Source: a virus
IMG/VR virus record: IMGVR_UViG_3300044569_000072
Location: 1-41,855 of that record
Reading direction: 5' to 3' (one strand)
DNA length: 41,855 nt
Shown here: one piece after another, positions 33,455-41,268 of the stretch
Layout of the letters: every line of letters starts with the position of its first letter
Position numbering within the stretch: the stretch's first letter is position 1
Position numbers and translations under genes: made by a program
The notes under the pieces: generated by a model
Databases searched by the model: none
Seen by the model: the letters and a program-made list of their open reading frames with translations, nothing else
Told to the model about the DNA's origin: nothing

Positions 33455-34636
33455 ATGACACGTCGGAGGAGCACGTGGGGCACGAACGAGGCCGCAGGTC
33501 CCGGCAGGAGGCGTCTTAGGTACCTAGCGGACGAGCACGACGGCAGGGGCTACGCCCGCCACAGCAAGACCATCGACGGCACGAGGCGCGACGGTGACGA
33601 GGAGCTTGCGAGGCTGCGCCTCTCCCACTCCTCCGACGCCCCAGTCCCCACCGTCGCGGAGTGCTGGGGGACGTGGTTCCTCCCCGACCGTCAGAGGCGC
33701 GCGAGGGCCGGCGAGATGTCCGAGAGCACGGTGATGCAGTACCGCTCGCTCTGGCGATGTCACATCGAGCCGACGTGGGGCGACGTCCCCGTCTCCGACG
33801 TCCGGCCCCTCGCGGTGCAGCAGTGGCTCTCCACGCTTCGCTCCTCAGCCGCCATGCCGTGCGTCCACCTCATGCGCGGGATAATCGGCTATGCCGTCAG
33901 GTACGAGACAATAGCCTCGAATCCCATGGACATGGACTACGTCATGCCACCTCGCTCCACTTCCCGCAGGCAGGATGACGGGATATGGTCGCTCGACGAC
34001 CTCGGCAGGATATGGTCAGCCATCTGGGGGTCGTGGTACGAGGCGGCGTTCATCCTCTCTGCGTTCGGATCCTGCCGCGTGGGCGAGGCCCTGGGACCGA
34101 TGGCCTCCGAGGTCGAGTCGCGTGCGATCGAGGCCTACGGCCTCTCCGTGCCCGTCGCGGTCGTCCCCCTGCGACGGCAGATACGCAACGACGAGATGCC
34201 GAGCGAACGACTCAAGAACAGATGGAGCAGGAGACCCGTGGTGGTGGCCGGGAGGGCCGCAGAGCGCCTGTGCGCCATCGCGTCCGCCCGTGGGGACGAC
34301 TGGCTGTCTGGTGACGGGACGGGCCTCTCGCCGCGTCAGGACAGGCTCAGGGCGGCATGGTCGGGCGACCTCGCCGAGGCGGGAATCGACGTGCACCCAT
34401 TCAAGAACCTGCGCCCGTCGTGGGAGACGTACATGCGCTGGACCCTACACGTCGAGCCGTGGGTCATAGAGAAGATGATGGGTCACGTGGGCGAGGGCGT
34501 CACGGGCAGGCACTACGACAAGCCCGCCGCCGACGAGTTCTCGTCGACCATGGCAAGCGCCTACGCCGAGACCCCCTATGATGTCGACTGGGTGCTCCCA
34601 GAGCAGCAACGCTTAGGACAAATTAGGACAAATTAG
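33455..34636 (+). CDS. int: Tyrosine integrase
   Basis: About 393 aa with GSCRVGEA (Arg I), NLRPSWETY and MGHVGEGVTGRHY (His...Tyr). Start is either the ATG at 33455 or at 33446. Confidence 0.85.
   Translation: MTRRRSTWGTNEAAGPGRRRLRYLADEHDGRGYARHSKTIDGTRRDGDEELARLRLSHSSDAPVPTVAECWGTWFLPDRQRRARAGEMSESTVMQYRSLWRCHIEPTWGDVPVSDVRPLAVQQWLSTLRSSAAMPCVHLMRGIIGYAVRYETIASNPMDMDYVMPPRSTSRRQDDGIWSLDDLGRIWSAIWGSWYEAAFILSAFGSCRVGEALGPMASEVESRAIEAYGLSVPVAVVPLRRQIRNDEMPSERLKNRWSRRPVVVAGRAAERLCAIASARGDDWLSGDGTGLSPRQDRLRAAWSGDLAEAGIDVHPFKNLRPSWETYMRWTLHVEPWVIEKMMGHVGEGVTGRHYDKPAADEFSSTMASAYAETPYDVDWVLPEQQRLGQIRTN
34613..34636. repeat. Tandem 10-bp repeat TTAGGACAAA, 2.4 copies, at the 3' end of int
   Basis: Read directly: ttaggacaaattaggacaaattag. 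Confidence 0.85.
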
Positions 34637-34809
34637 TTTTATGCAAGACGTCTACCTGCGGAAACTCTAATACCGCTAGATGTAGAGGTAGGACATAATA
34701 AGGTTCTGCGGTGCAGACTATATGCTTTACGTGCCGTTACTCGCAACAAGCGTCATGTGATATCGCTAATTCCGCATGTTTAGGTCGCTTGTGGGACGCG
34801 GGAGTCGCA

Positions 34810-35061
34810 TCATATATACAATCTCATTGCATACTCCACCGCTGGGGGCGGAGGGCCGATAAGAGCATGGCGCACCGCGCCGGGCATCTCGCGCACCGAG
34901 CGGACGAGCCGGACGCGCCACGACCTGGACCCGGCCGCCGTCGTGAGGCTCAGCCCGACGGGGTCCTCGTGGCCGAGCGCGTCCACGTTCAGCGTGACGC
35001 TCACGTAGGCGCGCGCCTCGCGCGGGGGCACGACATAATCCGGCATGTCCCTGGGCCTCAT
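34810..35061 (-). CDS. Hypothetical protein
   Basis: 83 aa from the ATG at 35061 (GGAGG 5 nt upstream), with high GC3. Confidence 0.4.
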   Translation of the reverse strand: MRPRDMPDYVVPPREARAYVSVTLNVDALGHEDPVGLSLTTAAGSRSWRVRLVRSVREMPGAVRHALIGPPPPAVEYAMRLYI

Positions 35062-35226
35062 GGTCACCTCCCCCCGCCGACACGAACACGTGTGCGCATC
35101 ATAGCAGAACGCAGAACGCTTCCATCGTCGAGGGGAAAGCGACAGTTGGCTTTAGTGTGTAGCCCAGCTTCACGTTCGAGGGGTCATCGCCTTGTGATGG
35201 ATGAGGCCACGAATCGGCATAAGGAA

Positions 35227-35261
35227 AGCCCCTCTCCTCGTACAGCGCGAAGAGAGGGGCT
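35227..35261 (-). terminator. Hairpin terminator after the DUF2335-like gene
   Basis: agcccctctc ... gagaggggct forms a 10-bp perfect stem. A T-rich tail follows on the minus strand. Confidence 0.55.
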
Positions 35262-35285
35262 GGTGTCTAGCTCACGCACAACCCG

Positions 35286-35939
35286 CTATGAATCTTTAGA
35301 GCCCTCACCGCCGCGAGCGTTCTTCTGACTCGTCTTCTCTGAGGTTTTCTGGACCCCTTTTGGCTGGGTGCTCACATACATGCTCATGGCATTAATCACA
35401 GTAAGTCCACCAATCAAGGCTATACAAGCTCCTACCTGTCCGAAACAGGCCGCGATAGCGGCACCCGCTATCAGCAATACATTGAGTATGAGGCTATACC
35501 GTTGCGCCCGTGGAATCTGCTCCTCGTCAACTGCGGCGAGCCTGTCGAGCCTGTCAGACTGCCTCCTGTCCATCTCTATGGAGTGCTCGATCAGCTTGCG
35601 CTCGTTCTCGACGCCCTCGGACTCCCATCTGACCATATCTTGCTGTACGCTATCGGGATACTTGAGGAACTCGCCTGGAGACGGAAGCCTCCCGCTCCAA
35701 AACCTCTGGGCCACGAGCGCCCTCTTGGCACCGTCCTGCCTGGCCTCTCTTACTGGTGTTTCGGCCTTGCTGAGTCCAGACCCGGACGCTTGATCCTCTT
35801 GTCCGCAATCTCCCTGCCCATCTTCGCGGCGGGCATCGAGTTCGTACTGCGGATCATCTTCTCCCTTGTGCTCCTCGTCTTGAAAGTCATGTCCAGGGCC
35901 GGCCACGTCATCGTTGCTCCCATTGCGGTCATCTGTCAC
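35286..35939 (-). CDS. DUF2335-like membrane protein
   Basis: 217 aa: an acidic N-terminus, then LPSPGEFLKYPDSVQQDMVRWESEGVENERKLIEHSIEMDRRQ, then two TM-like segments. Lower GC than the phage core. Confidence 0.5.
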   Translation of the reverse strand: MTDDRNGSNDDVAGPGHDFQDEEHKGEDDPQYELDARREDGQGDCGQEDQASGSGLSKAETPVREARQDGAKRALVAQRFWSGRLPSPGEFLKYPDSVQQDMVRWESEGVENERKLIEHSIEMDRRQSDRLDRLAAVDEEQIPRAQRYSLILNVLLIAGAAIAACFGQVGACIALIGGLTVINAMSMYVSTQPKGVQKTSEKTSQKNARGGEGSKDS

Positions 35940-36148
35940 AACCTCCTCCTTCTAGTGGTGGCACAAATGCAACTAGTGAACATATGCCCAAGATTGAATC
36001 GCTTTTGGTGCACGTTTTTGCGCTGCTCTAATAATATGCAAAACATGTTCACTTGGACGCCCAAAAAGTATCTTTGTCATAGACACGAGACAGTTAAGCA
36101 GAAAGCCAGTGTATATGCGCGCGTCAAAAACAGGCTACCAGTAAATAC

Positions 36149-36181
36149 GAAAAATCCCCTCCCCGCCTGAGCGGAAAGGGG
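36149..36181 (-). terminator. Rho-independent terminator after the lysis cassette
   Basis: The minus strand reads CCCCTTTCCGC-TCAG-GCGGGGAGGGG followed by ATTTTTCG. Confidence 0.6.
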
Positions 36182-36212
36182 CGCGTCCGAACTAATTAGT
36201 CTGTTGGATAGT

Positions 36213-37175
36213 CTACCGCCAGAGCCCCTTGTTGAGCGAGTCCTGGAGGTTGTAGGCCGTGGCGGGGCCGAAGTCGTCGTCCACGACCATGTGGTAGCCC
36301 CACGTGTCGTTCATGTACGTGTGCAGCTGGCGGGAGTCAGCCGCCCCCCAGACGCCGTCGACGTGGGCACAGCCGATGCGCTCCTGGATGGCTCTGACCG
36401 TGGGGGAGCCGCTCGTCCCCTGGAACCAGTTGTAGATTGCCGAGGAGACGTTGCGCATGTACGCCTTGTTGCCTGAGTACTGGTACGAAATGTACCCGTC
36501 GGCATCGCTGCCCGACAGCCCGAGCTGCGTTGCCCACAGGGCAAAGGTCTTCACGCCCGCGTCACAGTCCATGAGCAGCGCGCCACCAGCCGCAGCCGGG
36601 GCAGAGTCTCCGCCGCCGGTGCCCGCGTCCGTGCCGCTGGGTGCGTCAGGGACCGCCGTGCCATTGGTCATGGAGTCGTAGTAGGCCTGTGCTCGCGCCA
36701 TGTAGGCTTCCCGCTGCGAGCCGTCCTCACCGAGCGAGCCGGGGCAGTCTGTGGACGAGAAGTGCCTGTGGGGGTAGACGTTGGAGCCGTACTCGGGGCG
36801 CCCGAGTCCGTACCTGACGCACAGCGCGGCCACGAGGTGAGCGCCCGCGTCGAGCGTGGCTTCCGATATGCTGTAGGGGTCGATGCTGTCGTTGGCGTGC
36901 TCGATTCCGATTGAGAGCTGGTTGGCGTTCCAGCTACCAGCATGATATGCCGTGTCGGCGTCGTAGACGTACTGCCCGACCCGCCCTGACTGGTCGACCT
37001 GGTAGTGGGCCGAGACGCCGCGCGAGTTGAAGGTGCCCACGATGTTGTCGAGCGTGTTGAAGCCGCCGTTGTGGTGCAGCACGACATATTGGATGGAGTT
37101 CCCGCCGCGCCCAGAGGTGTAGTGCGTCACCTTTCCAAAATAGGTCTCGTCTGCAATTACGTTGTCGTAGTCCAT
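36213..37175 (-). CDS. Endolysin: N-acetylmuramoyl-L-alanine amidase (Amidase_2/PGRP) with a C-terminal wall-binding region
   Basis: 320 aa. ...IQYVVLHHNGG...VSAHYQVDQSGRVGQYV...AYHAGSWNANQLSIGIEHAN...HRHFSSTDCPG. Follows the holin gene. Confidence 0.85.
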   Translation of the reverse strand: MDYDNVIADETYFGKVTHYTSGRGGNSIQYVVLHHNGGFNTLDNIVGTFNSRGVSAHYQVDQSGRVGQYVYDADTAYHAGSWNANQLSIGIEHANDSIDPYSISEATLDAGAHLVAALCVRYGLGRPEYGSNVYPHRHFSSTDCPGSLGEDGSQREAYMARAQAYYDSMTNGTAVPDAPSGTDAGTGGGDSAPAAAGGALLMDCDAGVKTFALWATQLGLSGSDADGYISYQYSGNKAYMRNVSSAIYNWFQGTSGSPTVRAIQERIGCAHVDGVWGAADSRQLHTYMNDTWGYHMVVDDDFGPATAYNLQDSLNKGLWR

Positions 37176-37177
37176 GC

Positions 37178-37414
37178 CTACTCACCACCCTTCTTGAGCG
37201 CAGCCACGCTCGCGCCCTCGCCGACCTCCGGCACGCCCGCCACGCTCATGAGCAGCGAGAGCACCGCCGCGAGCGCCGCCGTCGAGAGCACCACCCGCCA
37301 GTCAACGTCGCCCACGAGCGTGGTGGAGCCTATCGCCGCCACCGCGGCCTGCGCCGCCGTCTTGCCCGCGCGCACCAGGGCCGCCGTGGCCCACTGCCTG
37401 AGTTCCGTCTTCAT
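37178..37414 (-). CDS. Holin
   Basis: 78 aa with two hydrophobic helices and a charged tail, directly upstream of the endolysin. Confidence 0.7.
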   Translation of the reverse strand: MKTELRQWATAALVRAGKTAAQAAVAAIGSTTLVGDVDWRVVLSTAALAAVLSLLMSVAGVPEVGEGASVAALKKGGE

Positions 37415-37451
37415 CCTCTTGTCCCTTCCATCCGTATGTTCTTCCGCCTGC

Positions 37452-37790
37452 CTACATCGGCCTGGTGAGCGCGTCGAGCACCGCCCTGAGCGCGAAGCCG
37501 ATGAGCAGGTACACCACCGCCCACACGGCCTTGTCCCACAGCGCCGCCGCCTTGCCCTGCGTCTGCGCGAGCAGGTCCTGCCTCTGCGCGTCGACCTTGC
37601 CGTCGAGCCGGCTGATGGAGTCGCTTATCTCGGTGAGCTTCTCCTCGCGCAGGTCTGCCCGCACGGACATGCGCGTCAGGACCTCGTGCATCTGGTCTAT
37701 CTGCCTGCCGTGCGTCGTGACGCGATCGTCGAGCGTGCCCACGTGCGACTCGAGCTCGTGTATGCGCCCCTCGTGGTCCGGCTGGTCCAT
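37452..37790 (-). CDS. XhlA-like coiled-coil membrane protein (lysis-associated)
   Basis: 112 aa from the ATG at 37790 (RBS GAAGGGAGG). Coiled-coil N-terminus and a C-terminal TM segment (AVWAVVYLLIGFALRAVL). Confidence 0.5.
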   Translation of the reverse strand: MDQPDHEGRIHELESHVGTLDDRVTTHGRQIDQMHEVLTRMSVRADLREEKLTEISDSISRLDGKVDAQRQDLLAQTQGKAAALWDKAVWAVVYLLIGFALRAVLDALTRPM

Positions 37791-37963
37791 GGCACCGCCT
37801 CCCTTCAATGGATTGTCGCGTGCGCGTGAGACCTCCCCAGCCCATGCTCGCCCCCTCGTCCCCCGCGCCCGTGCGGCGAGAAAATCCCGGACCGGCACGC
37901 TGCGAATAGGGCGCACGATGCTCTGGGATTTGTCCCGCGAAAAGCCGAAGATTGGAGCCCGGA

Positions 37964-38833
37964 ATGAACATCGCAGAGGCCGCCGAAGAGTACATGGCCG
38001 ACAAGGAGAGGAGGCTCAGCCCCGAGACGATAGAGGGCTACCGCTCGGCCCTCAGGTGCCACGTCCTGCCGCGCTGGGGGGAGGTCGACGTGGCCGAGGT
38101 GACCTGCGAGGGCGTCCAGTCGTGGGTGGACTCCGTACCCACCCCGGGGGCGGCGGAGAAGGCGTACAAGACGCTCCGGCAGGTCGTGCGCTGGACGCTG
38201 CGCCGACACCAGCTGAGGCTCTGGGACCCCACGCAGGGGGTGGAGCTGCCCCGCCGCGAGAGCCCCGAGAGGCGCACGCTCACCGCCGCCCAGGAGCGCG
38301 AGACGCTCAGGGGCATCGCCGGCCAGCCGTGGGAGGCGGCGGTCCTGCTGGGTGCGGCCCTGGGCCTCAGGCGCTGCGAGGCGTGCGGCGTGAGGTGGGA
38401 GGACGTGGACTGGCGCACGGGCGACGTCCGCGTGAGGAGGGGGCTGCACTGGGTCGGCGGCGAGGAGCGCGAGCTTCCGTGCAAGACCAGGCTGTCGAGG
38501 CGCACGCTGCGCCTGCCGCGCTTCGCCCTCGCGCGCCTGCGCCAGATTCGCGGGAGTCGCAGGAGCGGGCGGGTCTGCTCGCTCGCGCCCCACCGGGTGT
38601 CCTCCCGCTTCCGCCGCTTCTGCCGCGCCCACGGCCTGCCGTGGGTGTCCATGACGGAGCTGAGGCACTCGTGGGCCACCATCTCCCTGGACGCGGGCTG
38701 CGCCATAGAGGACATCTCCGTGGCGCTGGGCCACACCACCATCGACACCGCCAGGAGGCACTACCTCATGGGGTTCGGCACCGTGGTGAGGCGGGCGACG
38801 AGGGCCTACGAGGGGGCCATGACGGCGTCGTAG
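37964..38833 (+). CDS. Small tyrosine recombinase, candidate shufflon invertase (Rci/Xer-like; no arm-binding domain apparent)
   Basis: About 289 aa with GLRRCEA (Arg I), ELRHSWAT and LGHTTIDTARRHY (His...Tyr). The ATG at 37964 follows GGAG. The stop codon is 2 nt from recombination site S4. Confidence 0.85.
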   Translation: MNIAEAAEEYMADKERRLSPETIEGYRSALRCHVLPRWGEVDVAEVTCEGVQSWVDSVPTPGAAEKAYKTLRQVVRWTLRRHQLRLWDPTQGVELPRRESPERRTLTAAQERETLRGIAGQPWEAAVLLGAALGLRRCEACGVRWEDVDWRTGDVRVRRGLHWVGGEERELPCKTRLSRRTLRLPRFALARLRQIRGSRRSGRVCSLAPHRVSSRFRRFCRAHGLPWVSMTELRHSWATISLDAGCAIEDISVALGHTTIDTARRHYLMGFGTVVRRATRAYEGAMTAS

Positions 38834-38834
38834 G

Positions 38835-38852
38835 GCATTCCGTATCCCGGGC
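38835..38852 (+). other. Shufflon recombination site S4 (inverted relative to S1-S3)
   Basis: GCATTCCGTATCCCGGGC. The core ATTCCGTATCCC is at 38837-38848. Confidence 0.8.
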
Positions 38853-39114
38853 GACTCTCGTCAACGGCCCGATCCTCAAGATAGGCAGGTCCGGGGACGT
38901 CGTGACCGTGAGCCTGGCCAACTACACAACTGACACCATCAACAGGACGACCATATACACCCTCCCCGCCGGGTGGCGCCCGCTGGGCTTCGTCTCGAAC
39001 ACCACCGGGGACTCCGACGGAAAGCGGCGACTTCTGGTCGGCTCCGGCGGCAACGTCGAGGTCGAGGGCGGCACCGCATACTACGGCGGCATCACCTTCG
39101 TCACGGCTGGCTAG
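38836..39114 (+). other. Silent tail-fibre C-terminal cassette D (no start codon)
   Basis: HSVSRATLVNGPILKIGRSGDVVTVSLANYTTDTINRTTIYTLPAGWRPLGFVSNTTGDSDGKRRLLVGSGGNVEVEGGTAYYGGITFVTAG*. High GC3. Begins at the recombination site. Confidence 0.75.
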
Positions 39115-39125
39115 GACAGCGTGAG

Positions 39126-40604
39126 GATCGTGTCGCGAAAGTTGGTGTAGGCACGTTTCCCAGATAGGTACTTCGGGCTAAGGGGAACGGCCATCGCCCT
39201 AGAATCTCAAACAGCGACGTATTGAGACTAGGAGAGGCGATGACCGCTATGGCAATCATAGGCGATGCGCAGGATGGGACGACACCGGAGCTGCCCCGGT
39301 TCGACGACGGGATGGTGAACGTCGGCGAGCTGGCCAGGACGCTCGCCGAGTCGATCGTCAACGAGGTGATGGACGTCGAGGCCGACCTCGAGTGCGAGGG
39401 AGGCAACCAGAGGAACGGCTACCGAGAGCGCCCGCTGCTGACGAGCGTGGGGGCGATAACCCTGCGCATACCCAAGCTCAGGCGCGGGTCCTTCTTCCCC
39501 GAGGACGTGGTGGAGCGCTACTCCAGGACGGACCGCGCGATCGTGGCGGCCGTGGCCGAGATGGTCACCTGCGGGGTCTCGACGAGGAAGGTCGAGCGCG
39601 TGGCCGCCAAGCTCGGCGTCGACCGGCTCGGCAAGGACGCCGTCTCCCGCATGTGCGCCACGCTCGACGAGACGGTCGCCGACCTGCAGGGCCGCGTCTT
39701 CCGCGACCTGCGGTTCCCGTACCTGTGGCTCGACGCCACCTACGTCAAGGCCAGGGAGGGCGGGCACGTCAGCTCGGTCGCGGTGGTGACGGCGATAGCG
39801 GCCGCCGACGACGGGCACCGATACCTCGTGGGCGTCGACGCCGTCGACACGGAGTCGTACGCGTCATGGCTGCTCTTCCTGCGGGGGCTGCGCGACCGCG
39901 GCGTCACGGACACGCTCTGCGTGACCTCCGACGCGCACGAGGGCCTGAGACGCGCCATCGAGGAGACGTTCCCAGGCGCCGCCTGGCAGCGCTGCATCGT
40001 CCACCTCGAGCGGAACTGCTGCTCGCTCGCCAGGACGAGGCACCAGCGCGCCCTCGTGGGGCAGCTCCTGTCCGCCGTCTTCGCGGAGCGGGACCCAGCG
40101 CTGGTCCGCGAGCTCTACCACCTGGCGGCCGACGAGGTCGGTGCCATCTGCCCCGCGGCAGGCGAGCTCCTGGAGGAGGCCGAGCCCGATGCCCTCGCCT
40201 ACCTCGACTTCCCCTACGAGCATCACATACGCCTCAGGACGAACAACATCCAGGAGCGCACCAACCGTGAGATCAAGCGCAGGAGCCGCGTCGTGCAGGT
40301 GTTCCCGTCGAGGAGGAGCCTCCTCAGGTACGTCGGTGCCGCCCTTGCCGAGATGGACGAGGCCTGGCAGTCCAGGCGCTGGTTCTCCGCGGGGTCCATC
40401 CAGGAGGCCTTCGAGCGGGGGAAGCAGAGGAGACCTGCACCGGCACCGACCTACGAGGGGACGGCGGCCGAACACGCGGCTGCCATCATCCGGCTGGTGA
40501 AGGCCGACGGCGTTGACTCGAGAAGAAGGGCGGCATAGGATGCGTTAGTAGCAAGCGGGTTTACGGGCGAAGGCACCGCTTACACCAACTTTCAAGACAC
40601 TACC
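39126..40604 (+). mobile_element. IS256-family insertion sequence (1479 bp)
   Basis: 26-bp imperfect terminal inverted repeats: GATCGTGTCGCGAAAGTTGGTGTAGG, and the reverse complement of the right end, GGTAGTGTCTTGAAAGTTGGTGTAAG (21/26 match). The flanking 7-bp direct repeat GCGTGAG is at 39119-39125 and 40605-40611. Confidence 0.85.
39240..40538 (+). CDS. IS256-family (mutator-type) transposase
   Basis: About 432 aa. ...YLWLDATYVKAR...CVTSDAHEGLRRAI...LRTNNIQERTNREIKRR... fits the Transposase_mut DDE pattern. Confidence 0.85.
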   Translation: MTAMAIIGDAQDGTTPELPRFDDGMVNVGELARTLAESIVNEVMDVEADLECEGGNQRNGYRERPLLTSVGAITLRIPKLRRGSFFPEDVVERYSRTDRAIVAAVAEMVTCGVSTRKVERVAAKLGVDRLGKDAVSRMCATLDETVADLQGRVFRDLRFPYLWLDATYVKAREGGHVSSVAVVTAIAAADDGHRYLVGVDAVDTESYASWLLFLRGLRDRGVTDTLCVTSDAHEGLRRAIEETFPGAAWQRCIVHLERNCCSLARTRHQRALVGQLLSAVFAERDPALVRELYHLAADEVGAICPAAGELLEEAEPDALAYLDFPYEHHIRLRTNNIQERTNREIKRRSRVVQVFPSRRSLLRYVGAALAEMDEAWQSRRWFSAGSIQEAFERGKQRRPAPAPTYEGTAAEHAAAIIRLVKADGVDSRRRAA

Positions 40605-40679
40605 GCGTGAGCGCGCCCATGAGAGGGGAGGCGGCAGGCACGTGCCAGTGGCTCGCCATGGGGCGCTGAGGCGGCGGGC

Positions 40680-40946
40680 CTAGACGAGCGCCACCCAGCT
40701 GGTCCACTCCCAGCCGACATCCCTGCGGACGCACGAGCGCACGTACGCGCGCTTGCCGTTCTCCGTGTAGGTGTAGTTGGACACCGCGAGCTGGGCGAGG
40801 TAGTCGCCCGACCTTATCACGAGGACGACGCCCCAGGTGGGGATTGGGGCGTTCGCGGTGTCGCCGTAATACTCGTAGCAGCCGAAGTCCTTGCAGTCAT
40901 TGAGGTCCGGGAGATATTTCCCGAGCGATGCCCGGGATACGGAATG
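40680..40946 (-). other. Silent tail-fibre C-terminal cassette C (no start codon)
   Basis: HSVSRASLGKYLPDLNDCKDFGCYEYYGDTANAPIPTWGVVLVIRSGDYLAQLAVSNYTYTENGKRAYVRSCVRRDVGWEWTSWVALV*. Absent from the ORF track because it has no Met. High GC3. Confidence 0.75.
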
Positions 40947-40947
40947 C
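40930..40947 (-). other. Shufflon recombination site S3
   Basis: The minus strand reads GCATTCCGTATCCCGGGC, identical to S4. It directly follows the TAG stop of cassette B. Confidence 0.8.
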
Positions 40948-41267
40948 TACTGCGCCACGTAGTAGTAGGACCCGGCCAGCCTCGACCCCGCCGTGACGGC
41001 GTACTTCGTCCTCATGGTGCCGTCGGAGGCCACGTACAGAACGACGACATTGTTGTCCGCCGTGTAGAGCCCCACGTCTCCGGAGGCAACCTCCGCCGGG
41101 GCCGGAAGGCCCGACAGGACGGCCTCGTTCGCCGCGAGCGCCGACGAGATGATGAATCCCACGTGGACGGTCACCGCGTCGCCGACGCGCATGCAGTAGC
41201 TCGCGCCGAACGCCGAGACGTGCGCGCTCGCGAGGGCGAGCATTGTTATGGTCGGGGATACGGAATG
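40947..41267 (-). other. Silent tail-fibre C-terminal cassette B
   Basis: HSVSPTITMLALASAHVSAFGASYCMRVGDAVTVHVGF...TKYAVTAGSRLAGSYYYVAQ*. The frame is continuous with site S2. The ORF track shows only the Met-initiated part (40947-41243). Confidence 0.75.
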
Positions 41268-41268
41268 C
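41255..41268 (-). other. Shufflon recombination site S2
   Basis: The minus strand reads GCATTCCGTATCCC, directly after the TAG stop of the expressed fibre gene. Confidence 0.8.

Noticed and set aside
35132-35168. Possible extra fragment of the IS terminal repeat or the 22-bp motif (ggggaaagcgacagttggctttagtgtgtagcccagc)
   Set aside because: Only short pieces match (GAAAG, AGTTGG, GTGTAGCCC), and the spacing differs. This is too weak to call without a statistical search.
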